DNA of 64,000 nucleotides from the human T2T-CHM13v2.0 reference genome, Homo sapiens. The stretch lies in assembly GCF_009914755.1 (NCBI RefSeq), contig NC_060929.1. The stretch is one strand, 5' to 3'. Positions 33,239 through 47,233 of this stretch are shown here, piece by piece. The notes under the pieces were generated by a model. That model worked only from the letters and a program-made list of their open reading frames with translations. It made no database searches and was not told the DNA's origin. How positions within the stretch are numbered: position 1 is the first letter of the stretch; the number at the start of each line of letters is the position of its first letter. The translations under genes and the position numbers were made by a program.

Positions 33239-33757
33239 GTCTGCCTGCATTTCTGAACATCACTATCTTGAATTTTCCCATTGCTCTGCATATCTAATAT
33301 TTTCTCTTGGACCCAAGACACAGCAGAGAAGTGGAATAAATTCACTTCTCTAGTGGGACTAAAAATCAGTCAACGGCTGATTCAGGGGAGAAGAAAGAAA
33401 CCAAATCATCAACTGAACTGCTCTGGTTGAAACAGATGGGGACCCTCCGTTGGCTTCTCCAACCCCTTCCCCACTTGACAAATCTCCAGTGTGGTTGGGG
33501 TTGGGCCTGGCCATAATGTGCAGTCTTGTCAAAGTGAGGTCTCCAAAGAATTTTGACTATAGTTAGTCACAAGAGAGTTTCTTTTACTTTTGTTTGATGT
33601 GGGGTAGCCCATAACCTCCTCTTATGCTCTGCCTTAGGAAATAATCAAGAATCAGCCACACAAATAAATTGGGAGGTACTGATCTACTGCTCTCCTAATA
33701 TCTTAGGCCAGGTAGGAAAGAGGGGAATAGAATTCACATGAATCTCAAGAGTGTATT

Positions 33758-34020
33758 GGCTGGGCACAGTGGCTCATGCCTGTAATCCTAACACTTTGGG
33801 AGGCCAAGGCAAGAGAATCACTTGAGTCTAGGAGTTCGAGCAATATGGTGAGAATTCATCACTACAAAAAAAAAAATTTAAAAATTAGCCTAGCCTGTGT
33901 AGTCCTAGCGACTCGGGAGGCTGAAGTGGGAGGATGGTTTGACTCAGGGAAGCAGAGGTTGCAGTAAGCCATGATCGTGCCGCTGCACTCCAGCCTGGGC
34001 AACAAGCAAGACCCTGTCTA

Positions 34021-34052
<32 letters not shown>
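33758..34052 (+). mobile_element. Alu (AluJ-like)
   Basis: Diverged dimer, GGGAGGATGGTTTGA, CAAGACCCTGTC, long A tail. Confidence 0.93.
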
Positions 34053-34054
<2 letters not shown>

Positions 34055-34838
34055 AGTGTGTTATGCAGAGGCTGCAAAAGAAACTGCAAACCAGCACATA
34101 AAGCTGTAACTGCCTTTGAAGTCTAGAAGGTTACAGATGAGCCCTAAGATGAGCTGTGTCACATATCATTTGATGAAAAACCTGTGACGGCACACATTAT
34201 TGCTCTTGCCAGTTAGAAAGAGAATCTGATTCTTATGGCAACATTTGTATCTAATTAAAAGTAATTAATGATTAGGCTGAAGGGATAGTTTAAAGTCAAT
34301 TGATAGTGAGGGCAAAAAGTATCAATGTATGGGTTAGATTATGCTATAATAATAAGCAAACCTAAAATCTCAAAAGAAAAAAACAGGCATATCTCTGAAC
34401 AGCCCTAATCACGGCCAAAGAAAAGTTTAGGAGACTTGCTTGCTTCTTCGATTCCTTGTGTTTGAAACAATATAATGCCAATATCAAAACAAAAATTTCT
34501 GTGCTAAATATCTGGGGAAGGATACAGAGTGGATGAGGGAAGGTTCCCCTTCAACACAGAAGGTGTTCCTGATAACGATGGTATGAGGGCTCTGGCCCAG
34601 CCAGAAGCTTCCATCTCCTAAGAGCCAAACCCAGACAGAGCCTGGATGTCTGTAGAAGGAGGGGCAGCATCCCGGGAGTGAGGGAATGGTGCGTTCTCTT
34701 TCGATGTTGAGAGTTCTACCTAACTAAGCCCGATTAATAAATGACTAATGTACTTACTTAGTCAGTTGTTCAAAAATATCTTTTGAATGACTCCAATGTG
34801 GTAAGCACTGTAATAGTGTGACAGAAATAGAACTAGGA

Positions 34839-35158
<320 letters not shown>

Positions 35159-36610
35159 AGAAATAGAACTAGGAATTACAACAGATGGGTTATTCTGATT
35201 CTGGAAGAAGAGGGCCACAGGACACCTACTAGTTATGGGATGATCCAGTGCCCAGGAAGCACTTGACACAAAGTAGATGCTCACTAAGTACTTGCTATTG
35301 ATGATGGTGGTTTAATGGTTGCTTTCTCTAACTCGGTGGTTTTCTTTTATTTCACTTCCATGTCGATGGACAAAGGCAGAGCTCTCATGCTATTGCATGG
35401 CGACACCTGGGCTCACTGCTGAAGCATTGTCTCCATCGTGGGTATCTCCAAAAGTGACAGGCCCTCTACTTTCTGTTTTCTTCCAGGGAGGCGGGTTAGC
35501 CTGCAGGCCTTTGGGATGCTGGGTCATAGACTAGATGTGTATTTCTCCCTCCATGATATTGGCAGATCTCCTACCCTTGGTGTAGCTGGGCTCATTCCAA
35601 GTGCTTTTGGGGGTGCTCTTGGCCAGGCTGGCAGACTCCCTGTACAGAACGTGCCTTGTACATTATCCTCTGGGGGCTGCTGCCGATGAGTTCTCTGCCA
35701 GCAGCATCCTCTTCACTCCTTCCATGCATAGCTGTAATTTTTAAATTTTTTAAAGAAACATTTATTCAGGTATAATGTACTTACAGATATAATAAAATAC
35801 TGAGATCATAATTGCCCTTCTAATTATGTTTGGTAGATTTTTCCAGTTTGTCTTCCATGTGTAACTTTTTTTAAACATAAATTACTCAAGAAATATTTCT
35901 ATTTTGTGCTTTTTTTTCATTTAACAAATATTTCACGTTTCTACATAGGCTGTAATGAGAATTTTAGTGACTATATTCTGTTGTGTTTGTGCCTCCAAAA
36001 AATTCTTAAACCACTCTTTTAAAGTTTTTTTCAAGGATAAGAAAAAAGTTTAGTTGGATTTTTCAAATAACTTGCTCTCAACTCCTGATTTCTTTCTTGC
36101 ATGAAAAAAAAAAAAAAGCCATGACTGCTACCAGGTCTCGTTGACTCTAAAATGTCACCCATTGTAAGACACACCCCATTTTATGTTCCTGAGAAAGAAC
36201 GCAGCTCTTTAATAATGACTGCAACTTGCGCAAATGTCTCCAGAGTGAAATATGCTTTTCAAGTATTACAGAGCTGTCTGCAAACTTTGGAACTCAGCAC
36301 CATGAGCATGTGGTGCTCTCTCTGCCCTTGCAGGCCCAGCCATCAGCCTCTTGCCCTGGCACACGTTCAGCAAGATCTCAGGGAGCGGAATTAGCAAACA
36401 GGAAAACTAGCCCGGCAGTGGTGGCTCCTGCTAATCCCAGTCTGTCACACTAGCCCATGTAACTGCTAAAAGATTGACTAGCTTTTCCTCACCCAGCAGG
36501 GCCCCTCTTTGTGTGACAGCCCTCTTTTCCTCCTGCCACACACCCAGACTTTCCAAATGTCCCTAGAAGCCCTCCATTTCTTCATTCCATGGAAATTCAT
36601 CTCTCTATAG

Positions 36611-36991
<381 letters not shown>

Positions 36992-37589
36992 TATATGATT
37001 TTTTTTAAAGCTTATTCATTTTTATCTCCAAGTCACTGTGGGAGCAATGGTCTGTCCCAATCATCTACATCCTAATGGGAAGGTGTCACTGTAGTAGATT
37101 TTGTCTTACATGGTTGGGCTTATACAATGGCAATGACAGTGATAGTTATGCCAAATCCTCTAATGATTTTGTTTGGGTGTCATTTGGAATTTTCTTTCTC
37201 TCAGGTGCTTTAGTTAAAAATCCAAACTCCCTGGAAATGACTGTACAATGCAGAAGGTGCAGACTGGTGGATACTATCTGCAGATATCTTTTCTTTGACC
37301 TGTACTCTGTGTGTATGGGCTTAACTCGAATTTTTGCCAGTATTTAAAAACTGGAAGCTTTCACATTTTAAAATTTCTACATTTTCATTTATGGAGAGTG
37401 ACCTCTGGTGGCCCAGGTCTTGGGTTCCTGCACAGCCATGATGGTCTGGAGCAGAGAAGTGGCCAACCTCTTCCAACAGGACAGCCCTCTCATTACCTGC
37501 CTGTAGGCATACAAGGTTGCATCTCTTTGTCTGATGGATGGGTCATAGGTGACATTAGGGAAGGCTTCACAAGGGCATCTTATTGCACT

Positions 37590-38090
37590 TAGAATAAACC
37601 CAAGTCCATACCATAACCTAAAAGACCCAACACGCTCTGGCCCCTGGCTCCCTCTCTGACTCATTTCTTCCCATTCTCCCCCTGACTCACTCTGCTGCCT
37701 GCTTACTGTCCCTCAAGCAAGCCAAACATACCCAGCTTCAGGCCTGGGCTATTTCCTCTGCCTATTGATTTTCCCCCAAATAGTTATATGACTCAGGGCC
37801 TAACTTCATCCATGTCTCAACTCCAATACCACCCCACAGAGAGGATTTTCCTGGCCATTCTATCTGGAACAGCACCACTCAGCAGCTATACCCTTCCTCT
37901 TTATTTTTGTAGCACTTACCTCTACATGAGGGCAAAGACTCTTCTTGGGTTTTTGTTTTTGTTTTTTTGGTGGGGCTGGGAGGAAAGTGTTTTCTGTTTT
38001 TTGTTTTTGTTTTTGTGTGCTAATGTACTCATAGTTGTACCAGTGCCCAGTGCCTGGTACACAAATATTGTCAAATAAGTGGATGAATGA
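37590..38090 (+). mobile_element. LINE-2 fragment
   Basis: TTGCACTTAGAATAAACCCAAGTCC...CAGTGCCTGGTACACA...GATGAATGAA. Confidence 0.7.
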
Positions 38091-38686
38091 ACACTGTCTT
38101 TTGACTCAAGGCATTGGTTCTGTAGTTTTCAGACCAACAGGGAAATGGAGCTTCATCAACTCTGACATCATTTCCAACTCTAAATTTTGTCCTTCTCATC
38201 ATAAACCTCATAATGAGTTACAGTTTTCAAGCTAGCCACTTGTCCTCTTAGGGAATACCAAAAATGCCCATTTTACAGACAGAAGCAGAAAGGAAAGCCA
38301 ATCACTTGATGCCAACTGACAAAGACTGGCAGCTTCACATGCATGGGGAAGAGAACAAAGCCAACATGTCCCCAGAATGGTAAGACAAAGGTAGAATGGT
38401 GAAATGGAAGATGAGCATCGTGGTCAAGGTGAGGAAAGAGGAACTGCCACTCTTCCTGTTAGTCTGTGGGGGAGTGTATCAGGTGAGTTGGATATGAGAT
38501 GTGTGACCTCACTGGAGAATGCCTAGGGGCCTAGGCTGCAGAGCTGATCAGGCTACTAGACCCTCTGTAGGTCCAGGCATGCCTGCTGAATGAAGAAATG
38601 GAGAAATGAACAAAGGAGGGCATTAACTCCAGCAGAGACTCAATACCATGAGCCAGTGCTGACTTGTTTGAGCCATAGGTTCAGAT

Positions 38687-38872
38687 CTGCACTGTCCAAT
38701 GTGGTAGCCACTAGCTATGTGTAGCTACTTAAACTAAATTAAATAAATGAAATTTAAAATTCATTTCCTTTGTTGCACTATATTTCAAGTGCTCAATAGC
38801 TACATTGGGCTACTGTCTACCCAGTGGTACAGATTACAGAACATTTTGCACAAATTCTTTTGGCCAGTTCTG
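38687..38872 (+). mobile_element. MER3-like hAT-Charlie MITE
   Basis: CTGCACTGTCCAATGTGGTAGCCACTAGC...ATTTCAAGTGCTCAATAGCTACAT. Confidence 0.8.
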
Positions 38873-40469
38873 ATTAGATACAGCTACGCACCTGGCTTTC
38901 CAGTGTCCAGCCCTATATCCCAGTTGCTTTTAACTCAGATTCCACCATTCTCTCTTTCTTGCTATAGGATGAGAACCTGGCTGTTTAAAAACATGGAATC
39001 AGTGGAGTCCTGAATAGCAGCACATGACTTGCAACAACTTTCAACATCTCATAAAATGGCTGCTCAGCATTCACTTTCCATCTCAGAGTCACTTCTTTGG
39101 AACTGCTAGGGAGTCCAGGGTACATTTGAGTCCTGGCAGCTCATGTCCTGCTCTGTGGCAGCTCTTCCCACTGCTCATAGGAGTCCCATACCCACTTCTC
39201 AACCATGTCCGGCTGAGCATTACAAATCACCTTCTGTTTAAAATAAAATAAAATAAAAATCTGACTCACTGGAGTTACTCCAGTTCACTTTCTTGTTTGG
39301 AATTCCACACTTCTTTTGATGTTTATCAATACATCACTACCCAGCATGCTTGCCAAGATCATGTCTAGGCTGTGGTGATCTATCATCACCCCACAGCATA
39401 TTCTAAGATGCATCCCACCCCCTTTAAGGGTCCGACAGGTCCAGGAGCAGCACAACGTGGCAAGATGCCAGGGAAAAAGGACTCAGCTCTCATGGAGACA
39501 TCTTATTCACCAGCCCAGGGCTGCCTTTGAGAGCAGTGTGTACTAGGGAAGGATTCCAAGGAGGTGTGTGACTTTGGAATAATTACAGAGGTCGGCAAAG
39601 CAAGTTAGGAAAGCCTGGAAATCGTAATTACGGCCAACCATAGACAAGGTGCTGAAGTTGAGAAGTTTGTCTCAGGCTTCCCTCCAAACTCCCCTGGGAA
39701 TCTTTTTCTCTGATGTGTCTCCTTTGTCCCTGTCTCTCTAGCTTGTCCAGAACTCTTTATCTTGGCTTCTTACTCCTCAGGGAAGCTTCTATTTGGCTCT
39801 TTTTCTCCCATGGAAACTTGGTTTCATTCCCATTAGGCTCTGCTAGTTAAGACCAGCCAGTTAATGGGACAAGCTAATTTACTTAAAAGCATGAGTCCTT
39901 CACCTGGTCCAAACGTGGGCTTAGAGGGAGGTGAAGATCCTAAGGCATTACAATTTTGTGTGCCCATTTTCTAGGGGAAAGAGTCATAGATTTCATCAGA
40001 TTCTAAACTAAACACATTCTAAACCCTTGACCCCCCAAAAAAGTTCAAGTCACTGTGGGCTAATACTGAGAGCTAGTAACAGCAGGGGGGTTTCTTCTGA
40101 TGTGATGTTTGCATTTTAACCACAGCGCAATGGAGAAACTACCATCTGTTACATATTTTTGCCTCAGGAAAAAATAATGGGAGAGTTTTCAGTCCAGAGG
40201 CAAGAAAGATAGGAAAGACTGGGGCAGGAAACAGGGCTTCTTGTTTGCTTTTGAGATCATGTCCAAACACCCCCATTTAGGAGCAAGGGCATCTTCATCT
40301 TCTCTTCTTAGTAGCATGTGTTTCTCTTTGAACACAAAACCTTTCCACTCACGTAAAATGTAGGCTTTCTTTAGAAATTTCAAAGAAACAAATCAGGCTT
40401 AGGATGCCATTTATGTTCTTCGTTACAGATCATTTCTGCAACGGAGTGGCAGCAGGGCATGACGAGGGA

Positions 40470-40605
40470 ACAGGAGACAAGGTTTTAGTTCCAGCTCTCC
40501 CGCTAATTTGCAGAGCATCTTTCCAAGCTTGGCTCAGCCTCTCTGGGCCTCAGTTTCCTCATCTCTAAAAAATCTGGGCAGTCCTCACCAGTCCTATGAT
40601 TCTAA
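40470..40605 (+). mobile_element. MIR fragment
   Basis: CCTCTCTGGGCCTCAGTTTCCTCATCTCTAAAA core. Confidence 0.7.
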
Positions 40606-41979
40606 GACACTGCCAAAAGTCTATGTGAAATAAAATTTCTCTACTGCCCTTTTATTGGTACTGAGGTTGTTTTCATATTCGAGGAGAAAAAATATCCAAC
40701 CAAACACTAAGTTGTTTTCTTTCCTTTTAATATGTTAGCATCTTGTCCAAAGGAGCAAAACCTGCTCTTAAAAGCTTCAAAACAGTTTGTGGTGGATTGC
40801 AATTCTTGTCTCAGAAAGATTAATTGGAAACGAAATCTAAGGAAGAAAATTCAAAGCCCATTTCAACGCTTCCTGCCTTTTAGATCTTCTAACATGTAAA
40901 TTGACCGTTACAAAGAGGATTAGTTATTAGAATGGTCTGCGTGAAGACCAACATTCAGCTCCCTGTTTATTCCTAGCCAGAGCATCCTGGGTGACCAGCA
41001 TCTTAATGGCCTTCTTTTCAGTTTGTGAGAGGATGAACTGCATACTAACTCCAGATCCTGTGTTCCCCAACTTTAATCTAACCACAACCTTAACAAACTG
41101 GAGACTCTTCCCCACCACCAAATTGTGCTTTCAATTAGAACAAACCTGGTGCTCCAGACATCCACACTAGGAAGCCACAATTATCCTTAAAGACTTAAAG
41201 CTACTTTTAATCTCTGGATTTTTGTTGGTCTCTTCCATACTCATTTCTGCTATAATCCTTATCTGCTTCATCTTTTTATTCTTAAGTCCTGAGTGGTGGT
41301 GGTGTTTTTCCCTCAAAAAATTCCCTGTAAGACTGCACTTTCTAATGGCTTTGTTCTCCCCATCACTGCTCTTACACCTCCTCTTTTCTTCTAATACAAA
41401 GACCTTCTTACCTAGCAACCTCAACTATTCTTACATTATTGAGAATCAGGAAACGAGCAAGGAGCTGGATCAAATAGCCAACATGGATTAATCACAAGAT
41501 TTGTGATAAGTTAGCCTTCACTCAAACCAGTTTGCTTTTGCATTGCACATAATTCTATCTACAAAAAAAAGCAAGTGTCAAATGTATATGTGGGTGGAAA
41601 AGGGGAAGGGCCAGGCAGGGATGGAAGGAGAGAGGGCTCTGAGGGCTAGATGCCAGCAAAGCAAGATGCCAATGGGCAGCCTGGCAGTGATAAAGGAAAT
41701 AAAAGGCAATAAAGAAAGGGTAACAGGGAAATCAAAGAACCTTTGCATTCTGGAATACTTAACGGTGAGATACATAGACCCATTAACTGCAGTGGTAAGT
41801 AATCTGGATTATAGCATATCTAGAATGGGCTTACAATGAATTATCGATTTAGCTTGGAAACAGGACAAAGGTGATCAGCTGATGGAGAGGAACTATTTCA
41901 CCTAAGCTCCCAATAGTCACTATTCCTTTTTTATTTTAATAATAGTTGAGCACATAACTGTTCAGAATAAAGTCTATAT

Positions 41980-42310
41980 ATTTGTCCCTTGGTATTGGTG
42001 AAGAATTAGTTCCTGGATCTCTCTCAGATACTAAAGTCCATGGATACTGAAGTCCTTTATATAAAATGACATAGTATTTGCATATAACCTACACATCTCC
42101 TCCCATATACCTTAAATCATCTCTAGACTACTGATAATATCTAATACTATGTAAATGCTATGTAAATCATTACACTGTATTGTTTAGGGAATAACGACAA
42201 GGAAAGTGACTGTACATGTTCAGCATGGATGCAATTTTTGCTGAACACTTTTGATCTTCAGTTGGGTGGATCCACGGATGCAGAACCCACAGATACATAG
42301 GGCCAGATGT
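41980..42310 (+). mobile_element. MER2 (TcMar-Tigger)
   Basis: TATATAAAATGACATAGTATTTGCATATAACCTAC...ATCCACGGATGCAGAACCCACAGATAC. Confidence 0.85.
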
Positions 42311-42650
42311 GTTTCCCATCCTCCCTTGCAGCTGGGTACGGCCAATGGAATGCGATTGCAGGTCATGTGGACAGCTTTCAAGTCATGCTTTTCTTTAAGG
42401 GAACCCTCAGCCTTTCCAGTCTCCTCACCTGCTGGCTGGGATGTGCACATGGTGATGGAGCGGGGACAACCAGCCACACATTGAGGGTGACAGACCAACA
42501 AGAAAGAGCCTGGGTTGCTGCCACAGTGGAGCACCATGTCACCTTATACTGCTTATGCTTGATCTATTCCTTGATAAGAATATAACCTTATCTTGTTTAA
42601 GCCACTAATATTTTTGTTTTTAACAACAGAACCTACATCCTAACTAATAA
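42311..42650 (+). mobile_element. MLT1 (MLT1J-like) LTR portion
   Basis: TTTCCCATCCTCCCTTGCAGCT...GGCCAATGGAATG...TTGTTTAAGCCACT...CCTAACTAATA. Confidence 0.7.
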
Positions 42651-42839
42651 ACTAGTGAAATTTTATTACTTCTAAGTAGGAATGTGACTTGAAATATCCC
42701 AATGATTATGCCTCAAACTCCACTTTCTCTCTGTCCTGTGGCAATGGCTTCATGAAGAAATGAAAAAAGTAGAATTTGGAGTCAAACCTTGGCTCCACTC
42801 CTGCCTAATTTTTCTTCACCCATAAATGCACATCATGAG

Positions 42840-43062
42840 AGTTAGTATTTATTAGATGCTTCTGTGCACCATCTCATTTAACTCAAAACTACCCTATGCA
42901 GTAGGTATTATTATTACCCTATGCAGTAGGTATTATTGTTCCAGTCTTGGATGGAGTTAAAGATGGAGTTAAGCATCTTTCCTGAGATTTTTTCAGCTAC
43001 TGAGAGGCAAAGCTGGGATTTGGAGTGAGAGAGCTGGACTTGTGAATCCACAGCTTTTAACA
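42840..43062 (-). mobile_element. MIR with internal tandem duplications
   Basis: ATCTCATTTAACTC...CCCTATGCAGTAGGTATTATT...GGCAAAGCTGGGATTTG. Confidence 0.65.
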
Positions 43063-43958
43063 ATTTCCCTTTGCACTTAACTTTCTGCATTGGTGGGAGA
43101 TCAAGGTTAAGTACAAAACCCAGAACACAGTCATTTCTTCACAAACTGGGGAAATTACTGGATGATGCTAACCAGATTCTGACAGACTCTGTCTCTTCGA
43201 GTGTAGGGACCGCATTACCTGCTGACCACCTTAGCTCCAATACAACATTCTTCCCAGGAGGTGAAAGGACCTAAAAGTCTTTAATTGCTTACTTAACCAG
43301 GGAAGTTTTCTTTCTCCTCCTGTTATGAATTGATTTTTTAGTCAAAATCTCAGAGTCCTATGTCTTTCCAACGCTACATCCTATAGTGATAATTCTGAAT
43401 CATTAAAAAAAGTTTAGATTCTGCCTAAAATGTTCCAGAAGGCAGGAAATATACCCCAATAGTAAACCCACATACTGAGAGAGGACTCCCCTACAGATGA
43501 GGAAGACAGACAAACTCCAGCCCTCTGGTCTTTCCTTTCTCACACAGGAGGGAGAAAGAATAAATAAATACTTCTTGGTGCCAAAAAGGAGGCTCTGGAA
43601 CTTAAGGCTTGTCGGTGCTCACAAAAGGGAAAAAAGAAGAAATGCAAGTGTGAGAAGAAGGAAGAGAAAGAGGAAAAGAAAGGAGGAAGAAAAACATGTG
43701 ATCCATGCAGATTTCTCCTAAAATGGATAGGGGAAAATGAGGGTGCTTTAAAACGTAGGTTCTATTTTCTGTCTAAGACTCATTCTGCTCCCATCCCCCA
43801 CTGCATCGGTGTGTTGAGGGGGCGGTAGGCAGGTGGGATACTGCACATGTGGAAGCCCCCTGAAAATTGCCAAGGCCCCCAGGACTGTGATCCTTCTCTA
43901 TCCGGCCTAGACAGGAAACATTTCTATCTCACAGTGCTAGAAAAATGCATTATCCCCA

Positions 43959-44229
43959 TGTATTAATCTGTTCTCATGCTGATAATAAAGACACATCTGA
44001 AGCTGGGTAATTTACAAAAAAAAGAGCTTTAATGGATTCACCGTTCCACATGCCTGGGGAGGCCTTACAATCATGGCAGAAGGCAAAGGAGGAGCAAAGG
44101 CATATCTTACAAGGTGGCAGGCAAGAGTGTATGCGGGAGAACTCCCCTCTATAAAACCATGACACATGAGGACTATGGGAGCTACAATTCAAGATGAGAT
44201 TTGGGTGGGGACACAGCCAAACCATATCA
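43959..44229 (-). mobile_element. THE1 solo LTR with internal deletion
   Basis: TGTATTAATCTGTTCTCATGCTG...GGGGACACAGCCAAACCATATCA; TSD CCCCA at 43954-43958 and 44230-44234. Confidence 0.93.
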
Positions 44230-44306
44230 CCCCATTTCACATGTAAGGAAATAGAATCTTGATGATGACAACCAACTTGTCCATGATCATACTGGTATTA
44301 AATTGA

Positions 44307-44930
<624 letters not shown>

Positions 44931-45200
44931 AGACCTGGGATTTTTAAACTCAAGACTGCCAGTTGTCCACATCCACTGAAAAATAGGATTCATTTTATAT
45001 ATAGCACCAATATTCTTTTTGGATTACTTCTTTTACTAACTAGCTATTATTCAAGTGTCTTTCTTTTTTTTGTTCCACATTTACTAAGTACCAACTATGT
45101 CCAGTGGTTAAGATATAGACATGACTCCTCCTGTCATTAGATTTACAGACTGATGGAGAAGGCAAAGATGAACCAAATAAGGGCAATAAAGTGGTAAAGT

Positions 45201-45505
45201 GGTCCGGGTGCGGTGGTTCATGCCTGTAATCTCAGCACTTTGGGAGGCTGAGGTGGGTGGATCACTTGAGGCCAGTAGTTCAAGACCAGCCTGGCCAACA
45301 TGGAGAACCCCTGTCTCTACTAAAAATACAAAAAAAATTAGCCAGGCATGCTAATTTACACGCACCTGTAATCCCAGCTACTCGGGAGGCTGAGACACAA
45401 GAATTGCTTGAACCTGGGCGGTGGAAGTTGCAGTGAACTGAGATCACACCACTGGCATTCCAGCCTGGGTGACAGAGCGAGGCTCTGTCTAAAAATAAAT
45501 AAATA
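45201..45505 (+). mobile_element. Alu (AluS-like)
   Basis: TSD AATAAAGTGGTAAAGTG at 45185-45201 and 45506-45522; (TAAA)n tail. Confidence 0.96.
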
Positions 45506-45706
45506 AATAAAGTGGTAAAGTGTTACAAGTACTATGACAAAAGTATTTGCTTTAATAGGGATGTGTCAAGCCACCTCAAAATCATTTCATTTTTAGAAAT
45601 AAGTAGAAAAGACATTAGCTCATATATTTTGTCACTTTGTAAATATAAGATTGCCTATCGAGTTCAGTTGAGGTAGAAATAACTACGTCTGCAAAAAGCT
45701 CATGAT

Positions 45707-45993
45707 CATTCTCACTTATAAGTGGGAGCTAAACGATGAGAACTCATAAACACAAAGAAGGAAACAACAGGCACTGAGGTCTACTTGAGGGTGGAGGGTG
45801 GGAGGAGGGAGCGGAGCAGAAAAGATAGCTATTGGGTACTGGGCTTAATACCTCAGTGATGAAATAATCTGTACAACAAACCCTCATGACACAAGTTCAC
45901 CTATGTAACAAACCTTCACCTATGTAACAAACCTAAAGGGGTACCTTTAGGTTTAGGTACCCCTGAGCCTAAAATAAAAGTTTAAAAAAAAAG
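45707..45993 (+). mobile_element. L1 3' UTR fragment (L1PA12-16-like)
   Basis: TTCTCACTTATAAGTGGGAGCTAAAC...GAGCAGAAAAGATAGCTATTGGGTAC; 13-bp TSD AAAAGCTCATGAT at 45694-45706 and 45994-46006. Confidence 0.92.
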
Positions 45994-46897
45994 AAAAGCT
46001 CATGATTGCCAAGCAGTCACTCAGGATGTGGGTTCCATCTCTTCATGAATAATAGGAATGCTGTGCTTTTAAGGATCACCCCCTGCCCCCTCAAAGAAAA
46101 GATCAGAATAAAAGAGAGGAGGTAGCGTAGAGGAAATAATAGCGATCACCTGTTCCCATGACCGGCCAGCTGATTGGGTTAAGCCATTGCTTCTCTGTCC
46201 GTTTCAGCTTCCTCATCGTGAACTCACAAGGTCCCCCTGGCTGATATCTGAGGCCCCCTCTGGCCCTCACAATGATCTAGTTGTAAGTAATGAGGTGAAG
46301 TCAAGTCAGCTATGAGGTCAACCTCATGGGAGGCAGCTTGGTTCTCCAGTATTCCTAACAGTTCTATAAGCTCCCAATATTCTTCCAGAAAATTTGCTTT
46401 TGCTCTTTTTAGCTAGAGCTGGTTGCTGATGCTTTCAACCGAAAACTCAGGGAACTCCAGATCACTAGGCAGTGGGTAGAGTCAGGGTGCCAAGGTCAAT
46501 TATGTTTGTGGAACTCAAGGCTAAACAAAGCTACACCATATTCTTTACTGCAGGCTTTTTCAGACTCTTTTTCATGGCCATGTCTTTGTGACTTTCCAAA
46601 TGAGAATATCATATTTGGAGTTTCCTAAGCCATCTCTATCACAGATCCTTTTGGTTGTTGTTTTATTAAAGCGATTTGGAGGACCTGTAGCCTGGGCTTC
46701 CTGGCTTCTGAGATGTTTCACTTTTGTCTTTAAGTGTTATATGTGTGCAAACTCTGACCTACCAGCCAATTTTAGGATCTTACATGAAGAAACCTTATTG
46801 TCCACTTTCCTTCACCCTCATAAAATGCTAGGTATAAACTGATTACTACAGTAAAGCAAAATTGTACTTCAAACTCCTTGTGATGCAGCTATCCCAT

Positions 46898-47233
46898 AAC
46901 CACAAAGGTTTAATGTGATTAAAGCCACAATAAATCGCAGACGCTCTTCATGAGGCCAAGAGAGCTGACCCATGTCACATTGCCAAAAAGCAGTTTTCAT
47001 GATTACTTTCTGCCTGCCCAGGATTCCTGTGGTTTCCACTGGTAAAGTGATCTCTCATTTCCTGACATTATTGCTCTCTTACTGCCATTCCCTGCATTGT
47101 ATCACGGGACTCCTGGAAGGGTCAGCTGCCATGGGGATAGAGAGAGGATGCACTCCCAGGCATAGCCAAATATTGATTATCCACAGAAGGTTTAACCACA
47201 GCTCCGTCAGCAAACTGTGGTTATCAATGACGT
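46898..47233. promoter_or_regulatory. Candidate enhancer: RUNX motif cluster with GATA and CRE half-site
   Basis: AACCACA/TGTGGTT at 46898, 47028, 47194 and 47216; TTATC at 47221; TGACGT at 47228. Motif inspection only. Confidence 0.35.

Noticed and set aside
32644-33256. Lys/Glu/Arg-rich and Phe/Leu/Ser-rich ORFs of 93-157 aa
   Set aside because: Translations of the TTTC/CCTT microsatellite plus Alu, not genes.
38279-38482. Possible + strand exon ending at CAG|GTGAGT
   Set aside because: Good donor but only a weak acceptor tract; insufficient support.
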